DNA of 64,000 nucleotides from Escherichia coli (GTDB lineage Bacteria; Pseudomonadota; Gammaproteobacteria; Enterobacterales; Enterobacteriaceae): NCBI RefSeq assembly GCF_044647545.1, contig NZ_CP172818.1; one strand, 5' to 3'. Shown piece by piece: positions 57,464 to 64,000 of this stretch (position 1 is its first letter; each line of letters starts with the position of its first letter). The notes under the pieces were generated by a model. It saw only the letters and a program-made list of their open reading frames with translations, ran no database searches and was not told where the DNA came from. The position numbers and the translations under genes were made by a program.

Positions 57464-57884
57464 GCTTTATCGAAGCATAATAAGTCAGACGATAATTTAT
57501 CGATAATACTGGTCGGTTTTGCATAAATCGACCAGAGATTAAGTTATTACTGTTGATGCTCCTGCTAATTCATTATTTATTTTTATAATTTCAATTTCAT
57601 CTATAAAACTAGCTATATAAATAAACATAACCATGCCGTTGTGTTCGCCTTCTGATTAGCAACTCTGGTTTTCTTTCTTGGCTGAACAATCTGGTTATAG
57701 CGTGAGAACTGACCGTTAATTTTCTCCCTCTTACTGGATAACACACCATGAGCTGCTACCTTTAAAACACCTGAATGTCAACAGGTTAACTCGTGCCATA
57801 TCGTTATAATCCCTTTGATATTAGATGCAAATTAAGGTCATATATAGCCTTATCGATAACATGGTTAATTTTAAGGATAAGAAT

Positions 57885-58184
57885 ATGCCTGCTGTAATAG
57901 ATAAAGCCCTGGATTTCATTGGTGCCATGGATGTATCAGCACCAACACCAAGTTCGATGAATGAAAGCACGGCGAAGGGAATCTTTAAATATTTGAAAGA
58001 ACTGGGAGTACCCGCGAGTGCCGCTGATATTACGGCGCGAGCTGACCAGGAAGGCTGGAACCCGGGGTTCACGGAAAAAATGGTTGGATGGGCAAAAAAA
58101 ATGGAGTCTGGTGAACGCATTGTGATTAAAAATCCTGAATACTTTTCAACATATATGCAGGAAGAACTAAAAGCACTGGTCTAA
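57885..58184 (+). CDS. yoaC: DUF1889 protein
   Basis: 99 aa from ATG with SD aagga. Confidence 0.8.
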   Translation: MPAVIDKALDFIGAMDVSAPTPSSMNESTAKGIFKYLKELGVPASAADITARADQEGWNPGFTEKMVGWAKKMESGERIVIKNPEYFSTYMQEELKALV

Positions 58185-58212
58185 GTTAAATTTACATCAG
58201 CATAAATGGGTC

Positions 58213-58249
58213 AGGACGCTTTTAATCACATATGAAAAGCGTCCTTTTT
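58213..58249. terminator. bidirectional terminator between convergent yoaC and yoaH
   Basis: aggacgctttt-N11-aaaagcgtcct followed by T-run. Confidence 0.75.
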
Positions 58250-58303
58250 CTCACAATCAAATAACCATCGGCTTCTATAACGAAAGCGATACGGGTTAGT
58301 GTG

Positions 58304-58483
58304 TTACTCGTCTTCATCCTCAAAACGCGCCACGATTCGCTCGCCGGAATGGTTGGCACGCAGCTCTTCTGCCACCAACGCGATTGCCTGGCCGCTGCTC
58401 ATCCCTTGAGCCATCAGTTCCTGGATCCGCTCGACAGCTTTTTGCTGCTGTTCATGGGTGAGTGAAGGTAAACCTGCAAACAT
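58304..58483 (-). CDS. yoaH: UPF0181 small protein
   Basis: Read by hand: [59 protein letters not shown] (59 aa). Confidence 0.8.
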
Positions 58484-58556
58484 TGTTAACTCCTGCTAAA
58501 TTGTTGGCGCTAATTATTTCATGCTACCCGGCACATAGCCAGTAGAGTCAGGACTG

Positions 58557-59918
58557 ATGAAGACGTTATCTCCCGCTGTGATTACTTTACCCTGGCGTCA
58601 GGACGCCGCTGAATTTTATTTCTCCCGCTTAAGCCACCTGCCGTGGGCGATGCTTTTACACTCCGGCTATGCCGATCATCCGTATAGCCGCTTTGATATT
58701 GTGGTCGCCGAGCCAATTTGCACTTTAACTACTTTCGGTAAAGAAACCGTTATTAGTGAAAGCGATAAACGTACAACGACCACTGATGACCCGCTACAGG
58801 TGCTCCAGCAGGTGCTGGATCGCGCAGACATTCGCCCAGCGCATAACGAAGATTTGCCATTTCAGGGCGGCGCGCTGGGGTTGTTTGGCTACGATCTGGG
58901 CCGCCGTTTTGAGTCACTGCCAGAAATTGCGCAGCAAGATATCGTTCTGCCGGATATGGCAGTGGGTATCTACGACTGGGCGCTGGTTGTCGACCACCAG
59001 CGTCAAACAGTTTCTTTGCTGAGTCATAATGATGTCAATGCCCGTCGGGCATGGCTGGAAAGCCAGCAATTCTCCCCACAGGAAGATTTCACGCTCACTT
59101 CCGACTGGCAATCCAATATGACCCGCGAGCAGTACGGCGAAAAATTTCGCCAGGTACAGGAATATCTGCACAGCGGTGATTGCTATCAGGTGAATCTCGC
59201 CCAGCGTTTTCATGCGACCTATTCTGGCGATGAATGGCAGGCATTCCTTCAGCTTAATCAGGCCAACCGCGCGCCATTTAGCGCTTTTTTACGTCTTGAA
59301 CAGGGCGCGATTTTAAGCCTTTCGCCAGAGCGGTTTATCCTTTGTGATAATAGTGAAATCCAGACCCGCCCGATTAAAGGCACGCTACCACGCCTGCCCG
59401 ATCCTCAGGAAGATAGCAAACAAGCAGAAAAACTGGCGAACTCAGCGAAAGATCGCGCTGAAAATCTGATGATTGTTGATTTAATGCGTAATGATATCGG
59501 TCGCGTTGCCGTAGCCGGTTCGGTAAAAGTACCAGAGCTGTTCGTGGTGGAACCCTTCCCTGCCGTGCATCATCTGGTCAGCACCATAACGGCGCGGCTA
59601 CCAGAACAGTTACACACCAGCGATCTGCTGCGCGCAGCTTTTCCTGGTGGCTCAATAACCGGGGCTCCGAAAGTACGGGCTATGGAAATTATCGACGAAC
59701 TGGAACCGCACCGACGAAATGCCTGGTGCGGCAGCATTGGCTATTTGAGCTTTTGCGGCAACATGGACACCAGCATTACTATCCGCACGCTGACTGCCAT
59801 TAACGGACAAATTTACTGCTCTGCGGGGGGTGGAATTGTCGCCGATAGCCAGGAAGAAGCGGAATATCAGGAAACTTTTGATAAAGTTAATAAGATATTA
59901 CGCCAACTGGAGAAGTAA
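58557..59918 (+). CDS. pabB: aminodeoxychorismate synthase component I
   Basis: 453 aa; chorismate-binding anthranilate-synthase-like fold. Confidence 0.95.
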   Translation: MKTLSPAVITLPWRQDAAEFYFSRLSHLPWAMLLHSGYADHPYSRFDIVVAEPICTLTTFGKETVISESDKRTTTTDDPLQVLQQVLDRADIRPAHNEDLPFQGGALGLFGYDLGRRFESLPEIAQQDIVLPDMAVGIYDWALVVDHQRQTVSLLSHNDVNARRAWLESQQFSPQEDFTLTSDWQSNMTREQYGEKFRQVQEYLHSGDCYQVNLAQRFHATYSGDEWQAFLQLNQANRAPFSAFLRLEQGAILSLSPERFILCDNSEIQTRPIKGTLPRLPDPQEDSKQAEKLANSAKDRAENLMIVDLMRNDIGRVAVAGSVKVPELFVVEPFPAVHHLVSTITARLPEQLHTSDLLRAAFPGGSITGAPKVRAMEIIDELEPHRRNAWCGSIGYLSFCGNMDTSITIRTLTAINGQIYCSAGGGIVADSQEEAEYQETFDKVNKILRQLEK

Positions 59919-59921
59919 GAC

Positions 59922-60500
59922 GTGGAATACCGTAGCCTGACGCTTGATGATTTTTTATCGCGCTTTCAACTTTTGCGCCCGCAAATTAACCGGGAAACCC
60001 TAAATCATCGTCAGGCTGCCGTGTTAATCCCCATCGTCCGTCGACCGCAACCGGGGTTGTTGCTGACTCAGCGTTCGATTCATCTGCGTAAACACGCCGG
60101 ACAAGTGGCATTCCCTGGAGGTGCAGTCGATGACACGGACACATCCGTTATCGCCGCCGCGCTGCGCGAAGCTGAAGAAGAGGTCGCTATACCGCCTTCT
60201 GCCGTTGAAGTTATTGGCGTGCTGCCGCCCGTCGATAGCGTCACTGGCTATCAGGTAACCCCAGTGGTCGGCATTATCCCGCCCGATCTGCCGTATCGCG
60301 CCAGTGAAGATGAAGTCTCTGCCGTCTTTGAAATGCCGCTCGCCCAGGCATTACATCTGGGTCGTTATCATCCTTTAGATATCTACCGCCGTGGCGATTC
60401 ACATCGGGTATGGCTGTCCTGGTACGAACAGTATTTTGTATGGGGAATGACCGCAGGCATAATTCGTGAACTGGCGCTGCAAATTGGTGTGAAACCCTGA
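59922..60500 (+). CDS. nudL: Nudix CoA pyrophosphatase
   Basis: 192 aa; Nudix box [25 protein letters not shown]. Confidence 0.9.
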   Translation: MEYRSLTLDDFLSRFQLLRPQINRETLNHRQAAVLIPIVRRPQPGLLLTQRSIHLRKHAGQVAFPGGAVDDTDTSVIAAALREAEEEVAIPPSAVEVIGVLPPVDSVTGYQVTPVVGIIPPDLPYRASEDEVSAVFEMPLAQALHLGRYHPLDIYRRGDSHRVWLSWYEQYFVWGMTAGIIRELALQIGVKP

Positions 60501-60683
60501 CTATACTTATCTTTACATCTACAAAACACTACTTGAGACAATCATCGCAATATTAGTTAAATCGCGGTTTTTGATTAGTTTAATTCATGTGAATAGTTAA
60601 GCCAGTCGCCGCGTTCCCTCTTACACTATGCGCTGTTATTAGTTCGTTACTGGAAGTCCAGTCACCTTGTCAGGAGTATTATC

Positions 60684-62048
60684 GTGATTAGTCTATTCGA
60701 CATGTTTAAGGTGGGGATTGGTCCCTCATCTTCCCATACCGTAGGGCCTATGAAGGCGGGTAAACAGTTCGTCGATGATCTGGTCGAAAAAGGCTTACTG
60801 GATAGCGTTACTCGCGTTGCCGTGGACGTTTATGGTTCACTGTCGCTGACGGGTAAAGGCCACCACACCGATATCGCCATTATTATGGGTCTTGCAGGTA
60901 ACGAACCTGCCACCGTGGATATCGACAGTATTCCCGGTTTTATTCGCGACGTAGAAGAGCGCGAACGTCTGCTGCTGGCACAGGGACGGCATGAAGTGGA
61001 TTTCCCGCGCGACAACGGGATGCGTTTTCATAACGGTAACCTGCCGCTGCATGAAAACGGTATGCAAATCCACGCCTATAATGGCGATGAAGTCGTCTAC
61101 AGCAAAACTTATTATTCCATCGGCGGCGGTTTTATCGTCGATGAAGAACACTTTGGTCAGGATGCCGCCAACGAAGTGAGCGTGCCGTATCCGTTCAAAT
61201 CTGCCACCGAACTGCTCGCGTACTGTAATGAAACCGGCTATTCGCTTTCTGGTCTCGCTATGCAGAACGAACTGGCGCTGCACAGCAAGAAAGAGATCGA
61301 CGAGTATTTCGCGCATGTCTGGCAAACCATGCAGGCATGTATCGATCGCGGGATGAATACCGAAGGCGTACTGCCAGGCCCGCTGCGCGTGCCGCGTCGT
61401 GCGTCTGCCCTGCGCCGGATGCTGGTTTCCAGCGATAAACTGTCTAACGATCCGATGAATGTCATTGACTGGGTAAACATGTTTGCGCTGGCAGTTAACG
61501 AAGAGAACGCCGCCGGTGGTCGTGTGGTAACTGCGCCAACCAACGGTGCTTGTGGCATTGTTCCGGCAGTGCTGGCTTATTATGACCACTTTATTGAATC
61601 GGTTAGCCCGGACATCTATACCCGTTACTTTATGGCAGCGGGCGCGATTGGTGCACTGTATAAAATGAACGCCTCTATTTCCGGTGCGGAAGTCGGTTGC
61701 CAGGGCGAAGTGGGTGTTGCCTGTTCAATGGCTGCTGCGGGCCTTGCCGAGCTGTTGGGCGGTAGCCCGGAACAGGTTTGTGTGGCAGCGGAAATTGGCA
61801 TGGAGCACAACCTCGGTCTGACCTGTGACCCTGTTGCAGGGCAAGTTCAGGTGCCGTGCATTGAACGTAACGCCATTGCGTCAGTCAAGGCGATTAACGC
61901 CGCGCGGATGGCCCTGCGTCGCACCAGTGCACCGCGCGTCTCGCTGGATAAGGTCATCGAAACGATGTACGAAACCGGTAAAGACATGAACGCCAAGTAC
62001 CGCGAAACGTCTCGTGGTGGTCTGGCAATTAAAGTCCAGTGTGACTAA
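60684..62048 (+). CDS. sdaA: L-serine dehydratase 1 (4Fe-4S)
   Basis: 454 aa; starts [23 protein letters not shown]. Confidence 0.97.
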   Translation: MISLFDMFKVGIGPSSSHTVGPMKAGKQFVDDLVEKGLLDSVTRVAVDVYGSLSLTGKGHHTDIAIIMGLAGNEPATVDIDSIPGFIRDVEERERLLLAQGRHEVDFPRDNGMRFHNGNLPLHENGMQIHAYNGDEVVYSKTYYSIGGGFIVDEEHFGQDAANEVSVPYPFKSATELLAYCNETGYSLSGLAMQNELALHSKKEIDEYFAHVWQTMQACIDRGMNTEGVLPGPLRVPRRASALRRMLVSSDKLSNDPMNVIDWVNMFALAVNEENAAGGRVVTAPTNGACGIVPAVLAYYDHFIESVSPDIYTRYFMAAGAIGALYKMNASISGAEVGCQGEVGVACSMAAAGLAELLGGSPEQVCVAAEIGMEHNLGLTCDPVAGQVQVPCIERNAIASVKAINAARMALRRTSAPRVSLDKVIETMYETGKDMNAKYRETSRGGLAIKVQCD

Positions 62049-62161
62049 TACTTTATCCTCGCCCATCTGCAACCCCGCTTTCTCGTCTGCTGTAATATTC
62101 CCCACTACACTTCCACTGTTGCGTCAGGCGTTTGTCGCCATACGCTTACAGGGTGGCCCGC

Positions 62162-63760
62162 ATGCAAAAAGCACAACGGATCATTAAAACCTATCGCCGT
62201 AATCGAATGATTGTTTGTACGATTTGCGCACTCGTTACGCTCGCTTCGACCCTGAGCGTGCGATTTATTTCACAGCGTAACTTAAATCAACAACGGGTAG
62301 TACAATTCGCCAATCACGCTGTAGAGGAATTAGATAAAGTACTGCTTCCCCTACAGGCAGGTAGCGAAGTCTTGCTTCCGCTGATTGGTCTGCCCTGCTC
62401 TGTCGCCCATTTGCCATTACGTAAACAGGCGGCAAAACTCCAAACTGTGCGATCCATTGGCCTGGTGCAAGACGGCACACTTTATTGCTCCAGCATTTTT
62501 GGTTATCGCAATGTGCCCGTCGTGGACATTCTGGCTGAACTTCCTGCACCGCAACCACTTTTACGCCTGACGATCGACCGTGCCCTGATTAAAGGCAGTC
62601 CGGTTTTGATTCAGTGGACGCCAGCAGCGGGCAGTAGCAAAGCTGGGGTCATGGAGATGATTAACATCGACTTACTGGCGGCAATGCTGCTTGAGCCACA
62701 ACTGCCGCAAATCAGTAGCGCCAGCCTGACGGTGGACAATCGGCATTTGCTCTATGGTAATGGGCTGGTAGATTCCCTTCCGCAACCTGAAAACAATGAA
62801 AACTACCAGGTTTCTTCGCAACGCTTTCCTTTTACCATTAACGTTAATGGTCCGGGGGCTACGGCGCTGGCATGGCACTATCTTCCAACACAATTACCGC
62901 TGGCGGTGCTGCTAAGTTTACTGGTGGGCTACATCGCCTGGCTGGCGACCGCTTACCGGATGAGCTTTTCCCGCGAAATCAATCTGGGCCTGGCGCAACA
63001 TGAGTTCGAATTGTTCTGTCAGCCTTTGCTTAATGCGCGCAGCCAGCAATGTATTGGTGTAGAGATTTTGCTTCGCTGGAACAATCCGCGTCAGGGCTGG
63101 ATTTCACCGGATGTGTTTATTCCTATCGCGGAAGAACATCATTTAATTGTGCCACTGACCCGCTATGTGATGGCAGAAACCATCCGTCAGCGGCATGTTT
63201 TCCCAATGAGTAGTCAGTTTCATGTTGGCATTAACGTCGCACCCAGCCATTTTCGCCGTGGTGTGCTGATAAAAGATCTCAATCAGTACTGGTTTAGCGC
63301 TCACCCGATTCAGCAACTGATCCTCGAAATCACCGAACGCGATGCCTTACTGGATGTTGATTATCGGATTGCCCGCGAGCTGCATCGTAAAAACGTCAAA
63401 CTGGCGATTGATGACTTCGGCACCGGCAACAGTTCGTTTTCCTGGCTTGAAACATTACGTCCTGACGTGCTGAAAATTGATAAGTCATTTACCGCAGCTA
63501 TAGGTTCTGACGCGGTTAACTCGACGGTGACCGATATCATCATCGCTCTGGGGCAAAGACTGAATATTGAACTGGTGGCGGAGGGTGTGGAAACACAAGA
63601 ACAGGCGAAGTATTTGCGCCGTCATGGGGTGCATATTTTGCAAGGGTATTTGTACGCACAGCCGATGCCGCTACGTGATTTTCCCAAATGGCTGGCGGGC
63701 AGCCAACCGCCGCCCGCCCGGCATAATGGACATATCACGCCCGTTATGCCGTTACGTTAA
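62162..63760 (+). CDS. pdeD: c-di-GMP phosphodiesterase with periplasmic CSS domain and EAL domain
   Basis: 532 aa; N-terminal TM plus periplasmic Cys-containing domain; C-terminal EAL-type domain. Confidence 0.9.
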   Translation: MQKAQRIIKTYRRNRMIVCTICALVTLASTLSVRFISQRNLNQQRVVQFANHAVEELDKVLLPLQAGSEVLLPLIGLPCSVAHLPLRKQAAKLQTVRSIGLVQDGTLYCSSIFGYRNVPVVDILAELPAPQPLLRLTIDRALIKGSPVLIQWTPAAGSSKAGVMEMINIDLLAAMLLEPQLPQISSASLTVDNRHLLYGNGLVDSLPQPENNENYQVSSQRFPFTINVNGPGATALAWHYLPTQLPLAVLLSLLVGYIAWLATAYRMSFSREINLGLAQHEFELFCQPLLNARSQQCIGVEILLRWNNPRQGWISPDVFIPIAEEHHLIVPLTRYVMAETIRQRHVFPMSSQFHVGINVAPSHFRRGVLIKDLNQYWFSAHPIQQLILEITERDALLDVDYRIARELHRKNVKLAIDDFGTGNSSFSWLETLRPDVLKIDKSFTAAIGSDAVNSTVTDIIIALGQRLNIELVAEGVETQEQAKYLRRHGVHILQGYLYAQPMPLRDFPKWLAGSQPPPARHNGHITPVMPLR

Positions 63761-63763
63761 CAC

Positions 63764-64000
63764 TTACTCATCTTCATCGTGCGCCGGTTGCTCTTTAACA
63801 ATGCGAACCAGATCAACACGATAATCATTGGCTTCAATGATGGTGATATGCAGTGGCCCTACATCAATCACATCGCCCACACGGGGAATGTGACCATTTG
63901 CCGAGATCACGAGGCCCGCGACCGTCGCGATATCATCGTCATCGGCAAGGTGCTCAACATCAAGCGCCTGCTGCAAGGCATGCAAATCTGTACCGCCTTT
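63764..64000 (-). CDS. yoaE: TerC-family membrane protein with CBS/CorC domain, C-terminal part; gene continues beyond window
   Basis: Open frame to window edge; CorC_HlyC-like C-terminus. Confidence 0.8.
   Translation of the reverse strand, partial: KGGTDLHALQQALDVEHLADDDDIATVAGLVISANGHIPRVGDVIDVGPLHITIIEANDYRVDLVRIVKEQPAHDEDE

Noticed and set aside
57464-57884. AT-rich yoaB-yoaC spacer as a remnant of a horizontally acquired island
   Set aside because: Too short, no ORF fragments or repeats diagnostic of a mobile element; better explained as a regulatory region (kept as a low-interest finding).

Overview
This window reads as a contiguous stretch of Escherichia coli chromosomal core genome, colinear with the K-12 interval ydjZ' to yoaE' (b1752–b1816, gene order recalled from memory, not searched). 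It carries about 66 protein-coding genes on both strands, with no rRNA, tRNA, CRISPR array, IS element or prophage that I can see. Content, in order: the ynjABCD ABC transporter with ynjE rhodanese and ynjF; nudG, ynjH, gdhA, topB, selD, ydjA, sppA, ansA-pncA; the ydjLKJIHGFE sugar-acid catabolic cluster; yeaC, msrB, gapA, yeaD, yeaE, mipA; the yeaG-yeaH stress kinase pair; c-di-GMP genes cdgI/yeaI, dgcJ/yeaJ, dgcP/yeaP and pdeD/yoaD; nimR-nimT; the yeaR-yoaG operon; leuE; dmlR-dmlA; yeaVWX; rnd, fadD, yeaY, tsaB, yoaA, yoaB, yoaC, pabB, nudL, sdaA. Several known small membrane proteins (yoaI, yoaK, yoaJ, yoaH) fall below the ORF-track cutoff but are readable. I did not find a convincing undescribed system. 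The two points that most deserve a second look are strain-level differences from K-12: (1) ydjK is split by a -1 frameshift in an A4 run, and (2) ynjI, expected between gdhA and topB, is absent, with the topB 3' end running through a terminator-like GC hairpin. Gene starts were adjusted from the ORF track using recalled K-12 protein lengths and visible Shine-Dalgarno motifs; all homology statements are from memory and motif reading.
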